NCBI RefSeq assembly: GCF_006345805.1
Contig: NW_021833062.1
Span: forward strand, 27,481-91,480
Source: Octopus sinensis
Taxonomy: Eukaryota
Length of the DNA: 64,000 nucleotides
Direction of reading: 5' to 3'
This document shows, piece by piece, positions 1 through 12,291 of the stretch. How positions within the stretch are numbered: position 1 is the first letter of the stretch; each line of letters opens with the position of its first letter. The notes under the pieces were generated by a model. It did not search any database. It was given only the letters and a program-made list of their open reading frames with translations, and had not been told where the DNA came from. The position numbers were made by a program, and so were the translations under genes.

Positions 1-144
1 TTTCTGTGCCGATAACATATTAGAAAAATGGTTGCCTTTAATAAACGAGGGAAACATGACACATCAGGTGAGGTTGTATGTATCTAAAGTGCTTTAAAAT
101 TAAAATCTTAACAGTTGCCATTGTGTTTGACACGAATACCAACG

Positions 145-187
145 ATGAAATATGTTCTACTACTTCTACTTTTAATTCTCCTGCAAG
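145..187 (+). CDS. Signal-peptide exon of a secreted Cys-rich protein, gene copy 1 (MKYVLLLLLLILLQ-G, phase 1)
   Basis: ATG at 145, basic residue then Leu-rich h-region, perfect donor AAG|GTAAGT at 187/188; upstream acceptor-like TCTTAACAG at 106-114; recurs at 48640 and 51021. Confidence 0.8.
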
Positions 188-329
188 GTAAGTAAAATCC
201 ATATCATTTCACTTGATCTCGCAACGAGTGAGGTATCCATTATCTCTTAATACGTATATATGTATACCCGTCTCTCTACATCCCTCCCCACCTCTCTCCC
301 TCTCTCTCTCTCCATATATATATATATAT

Positions 330-530
330 GTATCACCGTGATCGTCGTGACTGACCAGGATATCGGATGCTTCTATACATCGCTTATCACCATGTGCTTG
401 GCATTGTTTTGGCTTTCAATGACGCTATCCCGCTGGATAAGAGAGCAGGCCAACAGAAAAAAGAGCGAGAGAACGTCGTGGCGAAAGAGTACAGGAGGGA
501 TATCCACACCATCCTACCGTAGCTGTCTCC
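330..530 (-). mobile_element. Short retroposon 3' fragment in (TA)n, RTE-related terminus
   Basis: Begins TATCACCGTGATC..GACCAG, like the terminus of the RTE at 43260 (TATCACCTTGATC..GACCAG); diverged copy at 51561-51770. Confidence 0.4.
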
Positions 531-719
531 GCACGCAGAAGCATACACATACAAACGCATACACACACATGCATACAAACACACACACGCACACACACAC
601 ACACTCACACACACACACACACTTACACACACATATATATAGATAAATTGATTTAACAAATATAAATATATTTGTGTCTATGAATATATATGCATGTATG
701 TATGTATATATATATATAT

Positions 720-3700
720 TTTGGCGGGGGGGGGGGCACACACCACATTCCCCAAAACGGAGGTACCCAGATATAATGCGTGCTACAAAACACCAGCATA
801 TTATTGAAAGGTCAGCTGCTGAACAAGAATCTTTCTTGCGCATGGCATAAAAGATTGAACAGCAGCTAACCTGGCTCAATCAAACTCAAACTCGCAGATG
901 GGACTATCCACAATTCACAAGACCGCCACAGCAAATAGACCCAAGTTGGACACCACGTGCAAAAGCACATACATCACCTCGATGCTCCTACTGAACATCA
1001 GAGGACTGCTAACACACAGTAACAGGACAAAAATCCCGTTCTTGAGACACCTTGTTGCATTCAATCAAGCCTTATGCATAGTACCTTCGGAAACACACCT
1101 GAAACCGGACATAGTAGATGCAGAAATACACATACCGCAGTATGTTGTACTACGGACATACAGAAAAGAAAGGAGTTATTGAGGAGTAGCCATGTACATC
1201 CGCTAGGACCTCACACCTCAGGTCTTTTGTCATGCTCAAATTCGGTGTAAGACACACTAATTGTACATATAAGGCAAATTGGTGTAGTTATATGTGCTAC
1301 ATATCGCCCTCCAGCTGCCCCAAGCCATGTGGGCAAGTTTGAAGATTGCCTTATAAACATATAATTTCTAGTCACATTAGAACAACACAAAACTTTACTT
1401 CTTATGGGAGACCTCAATCTGCCAATGTCAAATGGCCCGAGGGCCTTTTTCTCACAGGAATGACACGATGTGAATGAGGACAGGCGAGGTCCCTCCTGAA
1501 ACTTATCAACACTCCGTACATGGAGCAAGTACTACTCCAACCAACCAGGGCAGGTAACATACTGGATCTCTGCTTCACAAATAATATGGATCTCATCCAT
1601 AATGTGAAAGTGACACAGACACTACTCTCGGAACACAGCATGTTAGAGCTGACCAACTACGGGCCAAAGGAAAGCGTGGACATGCAGCCTACAAGAAAAC
1701 CACAGAAACTTTCCAGCTTGAACTTCCATAAGGCAAACTGGAAACAAATTGAGGAAGAGATCCTCAAACAAAACTGGCCTGAATGTCTATCCTTGATGGA
1801 CATCGACATGAAACTTCAACAATTCATGTCTGTAATGCAAGCCATATGCTTCAAATGTGTCCCAGAGAGAAAGGCCACTGTACATAAGAGCAAAATTGCC
1901 AGAGAAAGGAAAATTCTAATGAGACGGCGTACAAAATTTCAAATCGCCTAAACAAAAAATTGAAAGCAGTGAAAAGTCCCACCTGAATATAAAACTGTTG
2001 GAAATTGAACCCATGAAAAAGAAAGAGCAGACAAAGAAGCCTGGGCTTTAGGCAACATAAAATCTAACCCCAGAGCTTTCTACAGGTATGCCAAAGAAAC
2101 AGCTACGGTGCACTGTAGGATAGGGCCACTCCTTGAAAATGATGGCACGCTCACAGGAAACCCAAAGAGGATAAGTGAAATACTAAATGAGCAATTCACG
2201 AGTATTTTCACTCCAGCCCTAGGGCATATTCATGTCAGCAATCCAACTGACTTCTTTACCACTGCAGATATAAAACCAGGGGCTGCGATGTAATAAAAAC
2301 GATGTAATAAAGGCTATAGTTAAATTGAAAACAAACTCAGCTACTGGCCCCGATGGATTCCCAGCAAACCTCTTAAAAGTATGTAAGAGAGTCCTAACAA
2401 GACCACTGCAGTTCCTCTTTCAGAGCTTCCTTGCAACTGGCAAATTTCCAAGAAAACTGAAGGTAAAATATGCCCTATTCAGAAAGGAGGTAGCTGAGCG
2501 GAGGCCAATAACTACAGACCTGTCTCTCTCACCTCACACACCAGCAAGATCATGGAACGAATGGTCAGAAGAAAACTATTTACTTTCCTTAAAGAAAATG
2601 ACTTGCTTCCTGACACCCAACATCGATTCTGACGAGGAAGAAGCTGCCTAACTCAGCTCCAACAACACTATGACTGGGTGCTGAAACGACTGCTCAACCA
2701 CTCAAATGTGGAAGTGATATATCCCGACTTTGCAAAGGTCTTTTATAAAGTCGATCGTGGAATGATATGTCAGACACTGCGTGATCTTGGCATCGTAGGA
2801 AAATTGGGAGAATGCCTTCATGACTTTCTGAAGGATAGAATCCAAGATATAATAGCCAATGGGGTCACTTCCATTAACCCGCAAATAGTGGGCGGTGGTC
2901 CGCAAGGCACTGTTTTGGGACCACTGCTGTTCATAATGGCCCTTTCTGACATGAACTCAGCCACACAGAAGTCCACGATCACACGTTATGCAGATGATAC
3001 AAACGTTTCACAGGCAATACTGAACACTGAAGACACTAAGCACCTACAATGTGACCTGGACAAAATATACAAGTGGGCTGAAACGAATAGCATGCAGTTC
3101 AATGCTGAACAGTTTCAAGCTTAATGCTATCAGCATGCAATACTAAAAGCAATACCCAATAAATTCACTGGGCCTGGTGGAATTGCAATCCCAGAGTCAA
3201 AATCAGTGCGAGACCTGGGTATTTACGTGAGTGATGATGCAACCTTTCATGTGCATGATGCTAATTTGGCAATGAAATGTAGGCGGCTGACCGGATGGAT
3301 TCTTAGTTTCTTTAGAAAAAGAGACCAGGAAACCATGATGGTCAATTGGAGGACACTTGTCCTAAGCCACTTTGACTATTGCTCTCAGCTATGGTCACCA
3401 GCCAGTGTCAAGTAATTCACAGAACTTGAGGCGATCCAACGAAATTACACGAAGATGATAGCCTCCGTGCAGCATAAGAGCTACTGGGAAAGACTCAAGA
3501 GATTAAGACTCTATTCATTAGAGCGTAGGCGAGAGAGATATGCCATAATATACATCTGGAAGATCCTAGAAGGACTTGTCCCAAACTTTGGCATCGAGAG
3601 TTACACAAATGCTACAACTGGGTGCCACTGCATAGTGCCAAGGACTCCAAATTTGCTATCAAGATGTAGGACAGATGCTGAGATAGCCTGGGCTTCAGCG

Positions 3701-3982
3701 GCCCACAGCTCTTTAATATCCTCCCGAAGAACCTGAGAGAACTGCATGTGGTGGATGCAGATGTCTTTAAAATGAAAGTGGATCTCTTCCTGTCAGGTGT
3801 CCCAGATGAACCAACTTCACGGCAGGAGGTGCAGATGAGGGCAGCTGCATAGAATGCCCGCATTCACCAAATGGCATTTGATAAAAAGCATTCGTGAAGT
3901 AAAATCGTGTAGCATCATCAAATGGCGGTTCAGCAGCATGGACACAGCTCCTGAGCTGAAACAAGATGAGGTAAAAAAAAAA
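720..3982 (+). mobile_element. Degenerate CR1/L2-group LINE (APE endonuclease + RT) in intron 1
   Basis: APE motifs LLNIRGL, SETHL, NILDLCFTN, SEH; RT motifs ATGPDG, DFAK, PQGTVLGPLLF, YADD; C-terminal YWERLKRLRLYSLERRRER; multiple stops/frameshifts; A-rich 3' end. Confidence 0.9.
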
Positions 3983-3984
3983 GT

Positions 3985-4034
3985 CAATATATATTTATAT
4001 TTATGTATATATATATATATATATACGCATATAT

Positions 4035-4070
<36 letters not shown>

Positions 4071-4170
4071 CGTATATATATATATATATGTGTGTGTGTA
4101 TGTGTATAAGGATATATATATATATATATATAAGTGTGTGTTTGTGTGTATGTGTATAAGAATATATATA
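3985..4170. repeat. (TA)n/(TG)n compound microsatellite
   Basis: Direct reading; identical tract at 55080-55265. Confidence 0.95.
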
Positions 4171-4456
4171 CATTGTAACAAGGAGGATATTGAAACATCA
4201 TATATATATTAATCCAAGATACAGTGGTTCAATATATCATATATTCTAGAGATATTTCTGCAATGAATATATAACGAAAAATATCGGAAACGGTCAAGCA
4301 GTATTATCTACTCAAACAGAGTATTGTTATGTATAATAATCGATATCTAACTAAGGAACATGCTGATTAATTGATAATGTAATTCCTTACAATTGGATAT
4401 CTCTGTTTTGTATCTCGATCATATTACTGATTATAATAATAATAATAATAATAATA

Positions 4457-4524
<68 letters not shown>

Positions 4525-4536
4525 TTAATAATAATT

Positions 4537-6224
4537 AGATTCTTCAGGAACAACAACATGTTCAAAAATAATCCCCAAAATTTTTACAGGAAGATAGGAA
4601 AAACAACAGTTACTGTAAAGTCTGTACCATCAAAAGAAGAAGTGCAGGGATTTTGGAATAAAATTTGGGCAGAAGAAAAAACACACAGCGAAAAGGCCTC
4701 CTGGATTGATAGAATATCTAAAGAACTGGACTCCTTAAAAGAACAAATGTGGGAGGATGTCAAGGTAGAAGATATAAGATCTGCTCTCAGGAGGTCAATC
4801 AAATGGAAGTCTCCAGGAAAGGATAAAATCCATAACGTTTGGTTGAATGCCTTCCCAGAGAGCCATGAATTGCTAACATAACTTTACAATGATGTTTTGC
4901 AACACCCTAGTAGGATTCCTCCTTGGCTAGTTAATGGGTTAACATTCCTCCTTCTAAAAAGTGAAGAAACAAATGAACCAAAAAACTATAGACCCATAAC
5001 CTGCTTAACAACTATGTATAAAACACTAACATCTGTCCTGACGGAATATACCTATAGTTTTTTGACACACAGCAGCATATTCCCTAATGAAGAGAAAGGA
5101 TGTAAACGTGGATCCTACGGTTGTAAAGATCAACTACTCATCAATAAGATGATCTTAGAAGATTGTCACAAACGACACAAAAACTTATCAATAGCCTGGA
5201 TAGACTATAAAAAGGCTTTTGATAGCCTACCACATAGCTGGATTAAGAAATGCCTAGAAATGTATAAGATAGCACCTACTCTGCGAAACTTTTTGTCTGT
5301 AAGTATGAGATCATGGAGAACCACACTAAATTTCAACAGTGACAATGAATCTCTATATGCTGGTGATGTAAAAATTTCATATGGCATTTTCCAGGGTGAC
5401 TCACTATCACCACTCCTCTTCTGTTAAGCCTTTATACCTCTCTAAAAACTGCTCAATGATGCGCAGTACGGGTATAAAAGGTTTGATAAAAATATAAATC
5501 ATCTCATTTACATGGATGATTTAAAGCTCTTTGCAAAAAGTGACCAACAACTCAAGGGCTTACTAGCGATTGTCAAACAATTCCGTGATGACATCAGAAT
5601 GCAATTTGGCCTCGATAAGTGTGCAAAAGCTACCTTTATCAATTGAAAAATGACAAAAACATCTAACGTTAACCTTGACCAGCAGAATGTCATAAAAGAA
5701 TTAGACTCAGCAGATTTTCCAGTCAACACAGACAGAACGATCAAGGCTAAACGAACATACATAATTGTTAAAGACAGGGAAGAAAATGCCTGCAGACTAA
5801 TAGAGGTAAGCGTCCCCACTGATAAAAATGTATCTCTAAAGGAATTTGATAAACTTAGTAAATATAAGGACCTGGAAATCGAAATACAAAAGATGTGGAA
5901 TCTTAAAACAAAAACTGTTCCTGTTATTGTAGGTGCCCTAGGTATGATAAAAAAGGGATGTCAGAAAGACATAGACAATGTCCTTGGAGAACCATGTCTC
6001 AAGGTAATCCAAAGGATGGTGCTAACAAGTACTGCCAACATCCTTAGAAAAACACTATCAATGTAAATGTTTGTGTTTGTATTACATGGAGATATTTCTC
6101 TACTTCCCCTCACCAAGCTTTCAGCTATATTTCAACAACTCTTAACCTTCACTTGCCCTAGGGCGCTGGGTGTGCCCCGGCAAGTGATTGCATCAAACAT
6201 GCAGATTAAAAGTAAATGACAATG
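4537..6224 (+). mobile_element. R4/Dong-type RLE non-LTR element, chimeric (family C RT + family A 3' end)
   Basis: WKSPGKDKI, YRPITCL, WIDYKKAFDS, GIFQGDSLSPLLF, YMDD; RLE tail KYKDLEIEI..PVIVGALG; flanked by (TAA)n. Confidence 0.9.
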
Positions 6225-6277
6225 ATAATAATAATAATAATAATAACAGTAATAATAATAATATAATAATAATAATA

Positions 6278-6312
<35 letters not shown>

Positions 6313-6326
6313 TAATAATAATAATA

Positions 6327-7010
6327 AATCTCTGGATGTAACGTCTTACCACCAGTGGAGTATAAATTAAGAAATGACAGAGTTGGCCAATATCTCCACT
6401 GGCTAATAAGTCGGCATTACAATATCAAAACTGCCGACAAGTGGTATAATCACCACCCTGAGGTTGTAACTGAAGGAGAAAATGTAACCATTCGGTGGGG
6501 CTTTCCAGTACATACAGACCGAACCATCAAGGCCAATATACCAGATATTGTTGTGAAAGACCAAAACAATAAAGTTTGCTTATTGATCGACATGAGCATC
6601 CCCTGTGATCATAATATCTCAGGGAAAGAGTTTGACAAGCTCAGAAAATATAAAGACCTACTCATTGAAATTGAGAATATGTAGCATCTCAAGGCGGTTA
6701 CAATACCAGTGATCGTAGGAGCACTAGGAATGATCAAGAAGGGAACCGAAAATTATATGAGAATGATCCCTGGCTTACCATCCCTGCAAGAAGTGCAAAA
6801 GATTGTCTTAACTTGTACATCACACGTATTGAGAAGAGCATTGTCGATGTGAGAACTGTTGCTGCTCATGTATTTTAATTTAACTTTAAAAAAATGAACG
6901 AACTACTGAGTTTGGTTTAATGGCCTACCAATGTATACTATGAGTTTCTTTGCCCTAGGAGTCGGGAAGACACTCGGCAAGAAATGGAAGCAAATTTGAA
7001 AGAAAAAAGT
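6327..7010 (+). mobile_element. R4/Dong-type element family B, 5'-truncated
   Basis: RND..HW, PDIVV..LID RLE motif, ends HVLRRALSM* plus family B 3'UTR; (TAA)n both sides. Confidence 0.9.
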
Positions 7011-7059
7011 AATAATAATAATAATAATAATAATAATTATAAAAATAATAATAATAGTA

Positions 7060-8998
7060 TAAACTGCTAAGAGAACATTACAATGATGTTTTGCAACACC
7101 CTAGTAGGATGGCTCCTTGGCTAGTTGATGGATTAACATTCCTTCTTTCAAAAGTGAAGAAACATATGAACCAATAATCTATAGACCCATAACCTGTTTA
7201 ACAACTATATATACGGGTATAAAATGTTTGATATAAATATAAATCATCTCATTTACATGGATGATTTAAAGCTCTTTGCAAAAGTTGACCAACAACTGAA
7301 GGGCTTACTAACGATTGTTAACCAATTCGGCGATAACATCAAAATGCAATATGGCCTCGATTATTGTTCAAAAGCTACTTTTATCACAGGAAAAATGACA
7401 GAAAACTCTAACGTAAATCTTGACCGGCAGAATGTCATACAAGAATTAGACTCAGCGGAGAGCTACAAGTACCTGGGTGTAATTGAATTTGACGGAATAA
7501 GGCATATAGTGATGAAGGAATGGATCAGTAGAGGGTGTTATTACAGCGTTAGAGAAATACTCAAGACAGAGCTGAATGCGAGAAACAGGATCGAAGCGAT
7601 CAATGCTTTAGCCACACCAGTCGTGACTGACAGTTTCAATATCGTTAACTGGTCAATTACTGAAATATGTCAACTCGACAGAAAAATACGAAAACTATTG
7701 ACAATGCATAGAATGTACCATCCTAAGGCAGATGCAGAACGATTTTAACTGCAAAGAAAAGAGGGAGGCCGTGGACTTTTACAACTGGATATAACAATGA
7801 AGATTGCTTTAATTGGCCGAGTCACCTACCTGAAAAACTGTTAGGAAAGGATTTTAAAACTTGTTTCAAAACATGAAAACAAGAACGCATCACACACTGT
7901 TACAAAAGGGGCAGGGGTATATCTAAGTGTATTCCGAATACGACAAACTTCAGAATTAGACATACAAGAAACAAGCACAGAAAAAGCAAAGCGCATGAAA
8001 ACCCGTGCTAAAACTGCGGCCTTAGATATTCTGAATGATATATGGCAAGAAAACCCTCTCTATGGCAAATACTCAAAGAGAGCCTATATGCAGATATTGA
8101 CAAATCCCTGACCCACCAATGACTAATGGCCTCTAACTTAAAATCTGAAACATAAGGGTTATTATAGCAGCTAAAGATCAATGTCTACCAACAAGAAACT
8201 ACCAGGCCAACATATTAAAGAACGGCAGTAGCGCAACATGTCGTATGTGTCAACAACGAAATGAAACCATTGATCATGTGGTCTTCAAATGCAGTTCTAG
8301 CGCCTACAGAGTACCTCAATAGGCATGATAGAGCTGCACAATATAGTCACTGGGTAATTTGCAAGAAACTGGATTTGCCCCATGAAAAGAACTGGTAGGA
8401 ACACAAACCATCCCAGCGCTTGAAAATGACCACATCTCATTCTTCTGAATCTTCAACATTCAAACTGACAGAAAGATAGATTCAAATAGGCCAGACATCA
8501 TATTGAAAGATTTCAGACAAAGTACAAGCCTCCTCATTGATATTACTGTCCCAATCGATATAACCGTATTTGTCAAGACCTACCAAAAACTGAGGAAATA
8601 TAAAAATCTTGAAATAGAAATCAGCAATATGTGGTACCTGAAGACGAGAACAACACTTGTTGTCATAAGTGCCCTGAGAATGATAGCAAAAGGGGCTGAT
8701 AGCTACCTAACGCAGATACCAGGAAACCCACAAATGGCAGTAATTCAAAAGATAGTACTCATGGGAACTGCTCATATCCTACGCAAAATACTTTCTATGT
8801 AATCTCAATGTTTAAGACAAACATAATTCTCGTTTTTTTTTACATTCTCTAGCAAAACACCAAAAAACAAACAAAAACAAATATATGCCACACTAGGCAT
8901 AACAACAATATGAACATCCAACCTGTTGTGTCTTGAGTTCTCTGGGTGAGACTTGGAGCCAACTTGTACAAATATAAAGCAAAAGTCAAACGTAGAAT
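7060..8998 (+). mobile_element. R4/Dong-type element family C, degenerate, internal RT deletion
   Basis: HLIYMDDLKLF, YKYLG, CRMC..H zinc knuckle, RPDI, ends TAHILRKILSM*; (TAA)n tail. Confidence 0.9.
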
Positions 8999-9183
8999 GA
9001 TAAAAAATAATAATAATAATAACGATAATATTAATAAAATAATAATAATAATAATATTAATAAAAATAATAATTATAATAATAATAATGATAATAATAAT
9101 ATAAATGATAATAATAATGATAATAATAATAATAATGATAATAATAATGATGATAATCATAAGGATAATATAGTAATAATAAT

Positions 9184-9307
<124 letters not shown>

Positions 9308-9404
9308 TATATATAACATAATTCGAGACAAAACCACTATTTTAAAACCAAAGAAGGAAAGACTTAATCAATACATAAAATGTTAATATAAATTAAATAA
9401 ACCG

Positions 9405-9447
9405 CCACTACAAATGTTTCATGTCTGCTCCGACAATCTTCAGGTGG
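9405..9447 (-). ncRNA. Minimal type I hammerhead ribozyme
   Basis: Reverse complement CCAC CTGAAGA T TGTC ggagca GACA T GAAA C attt G TA GTGG: stem I CCAC/GTGG, intact core, stem II, minimal stem III, GUA site. Confidence 0.75.
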
Positions 9448-9544
9448 ATTTTCGATCTAAGAATAGCAATATTTTAAAATATAATTTAAAATAATTTAAA
9501 ATAATAAAACAATAAAATTATCAATGAAATAATGTAAAAAAATA

Positions 9545-9670
9545 TAAATATAATCTATATATAATCTATATATAATCTATATATAATCTATATATAATCT
9601 ATATATAATCTATATATAATCTATATATAATCTATATATAATCAATATATAATCTAAAATAATCTAAAAT
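9545..9670. repeat. 11-bp minisatellite (ATATAATCTAT)n
   Basis: Direct reading; partial recurrence at 10135-10190. Confidence 0.85.
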
Positions 9671-9756
9671 AAACCCTATAAACAATTGAATATAAAAACC
9701 TATTATAAAATTTCTCATATTTGAAAATGTACAAAAACCAAAAAACAATATATATA

Positions 9757-11135
9757 CAAATATAAGAGAGTGTCCACCATGTGGTCGCTTTGCGCTAAAG
9801 TTAGATCCGCAATGGTCTCAACCATCAAGATTTGTTCCCAAGGAGAATTAGCAAATCTATGATCGTAAACGATCAGGACCAATGAAAAATATCAAAAATG
9901 TAGATTCATTCTAGACATTTGTTTCGATGTTAATGGAATATGCAATTTTACTTACATAATAAAACTGCAGGTCTTCAGTAGAATTTGTCGAAGTGGCTTA
10001 GCGAATAAAATCCTGGGATACAGTAAAAATTAATACACAAATATAAGAATATATTTCTTTACTTTTCTAAAGGTGTACCACTTACTAGCGTTTTTGTATT
10101 TTGATTTTTGTTTTTTTTAGAGATTTATATATATATATATCTATATATAATCTATATATAATCAATATATAATCTAAAATAATCTAAAATAAACCCTATA
10201 AACAATTGAATATAAAAACCTATTATAAAATTTCTCATATTTGAAAATGTACAAAAACCAAAAAACAATATATATACAAATATAAGAGAGTGTCTACTAT
10301 GTTTTCACTCTTGCGATAAAAATAGGTCTCAACCACCAAGAATTGTTCCAATTGAGATTTAGCACAACTATGAACGTTAACGAGCAGGACAAAATGAAAA
10401 AAAACAAAATGTAGATTCATTCTAGACATTTCTCTTGCTGTTAATGGATTATGCAATGTTATTACATAATAGTACTGCATCTCTTCAGTAGAATTTGTCG
10501 TGAATACAATTTACTGAACCGTACACCAGATTTTGACATAAAGCCAAACACTCACGTGTTTCAGTCTATTATATTCGCAGTTATGATTCGAATGCCCTCG
10601 TTATAGAGCGCAAAAAATTCCCGAAAACAAATACTGCATAAATAATTTACTTCAGTATAATTAAAATGAAAAATAAGAGTGAAAAAATTGTATATTAATT
10701 TAATAATAACATCAATTTAACACCAGGTGGTTTAGCGCATAAAAACCGGGGATAATTAAAAATTAATAGACAAATATAAGAGAGTGTCCACCATGTGGTC
10801 GCTTTGCGCTAAAGTTAGATCCGCAATGGTCTCAACCATCAAGATTTGTTCCCAAGGAGAATTAGCAAATCTATGATCGTAAACGATCAGGACCAATGAA
10901 AAATATCAAAAATGTAGATTCATTCTAGACATTTGTTTCGATGTTAATGGAATATGCAATTTTACTTACATAATAAAACTGCAGGTCTTCAGTAGAATTT
11001 GTCGAAGTGGCTTAGCGAATAAAATCCTGGGATACAGTAAAAATTAATACACAAATATAAGAATATATTTCTTTACTTTTCTAAAGGTGTACCACTTACT
11101 AGCGTTTTTGTATTTTGATTTTTGTTTTTTTTAGA
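9757..11135. repeat. Three related ~0.5-kb tandem units
   Basis: Units start CAAATATAAGAGAGTGTC at 9757, 10277 and 10771; units 1 and 3 look identical. Confidence 0.8.
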
Positions 11136-11136
11136 G

Positions 11137-11177
<41 letters not shown>

Positions 11178-11189
11178 TTATAACCATTA

Positions 11190-11800
<611 letters not shown>

Positions 11801-11867
11801 GAAAATTATAGAAGTGATACTGATATAAGTGAATAATGATTGACAAAAAATGTTCTTCGATTTCAAG

Positions 11868-11967
11868 GTTACGTCGCAGCACATTTCTGCTATGTTACAG
11901 CGATAACAACATGTCGTGATTCTATGATAAAATATCCTTTAAGAAACCCGGATCTACACTATTGCGA
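11868..11967 (+). CDS. Exon 2 of the secreted Cys-rich protein (YVAAHFCYVTAITTCRDSMIKYPLRNPDLHYC), phase 1 to 2
   Basis: Acceptor TGTTCTTCGATTTCAAG|, donor GA|GTAACT, stop-free 100 nt, completes the signal peptide (VAA|H). Confidence 0.75.
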
Positions 11968-12189
11968 GTAACTATGCTTGTTTTCGACGATTATTTCTCT
12001 TATTTTTCTACATTAATTTATAATTAATAATAATTGAACTTTTCCTGTAGGTTGTAATATTATGCCTTGCTCTTCATATTAATTTGACATAATGTGTTTG
12101 GGTGTGCTTTTGTGCGTATGTGTATATATATATATATATTTATTTATATGTATTTATGTGTGTGTGCGTTTGTGCGTGTATATATATAT

Positions 12190-12256
12190 TCTGATTTTGA
12201 TTTTGATTTTTCCAGTTTCAGCTAATGAGCTGTGGCCATGATGGGGCACCGCCATT
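12190..12256 (-). mobile_element. Extreme 3' tail of the CR1/L2-group LINE or a partner SINE
   Basis: Reverse complement AATGGCGGTGCCCCATCATGGCCACAGCTCATTAGCTGAAAC matches the LINE end at 3921-3962. Confidence 0.7.
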
Positions 12257-12291
12257 ATATATATATATATATCTATATATATATATATATA

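Noticed and set aside
68-114. CAG|GTGAGG...TTAACAG as a 5'UTR intron
   Set aside because: Only 47 nt, probably too short; not called
3817-4212. ORFs of poly-IY, poly-I, poly-N, poly-L, poly-S/F here and throughout the window
   Set aside because: Translations of (TA)n, (TAA)n, (CTA)n and (GAA)n microsatellites, not genes
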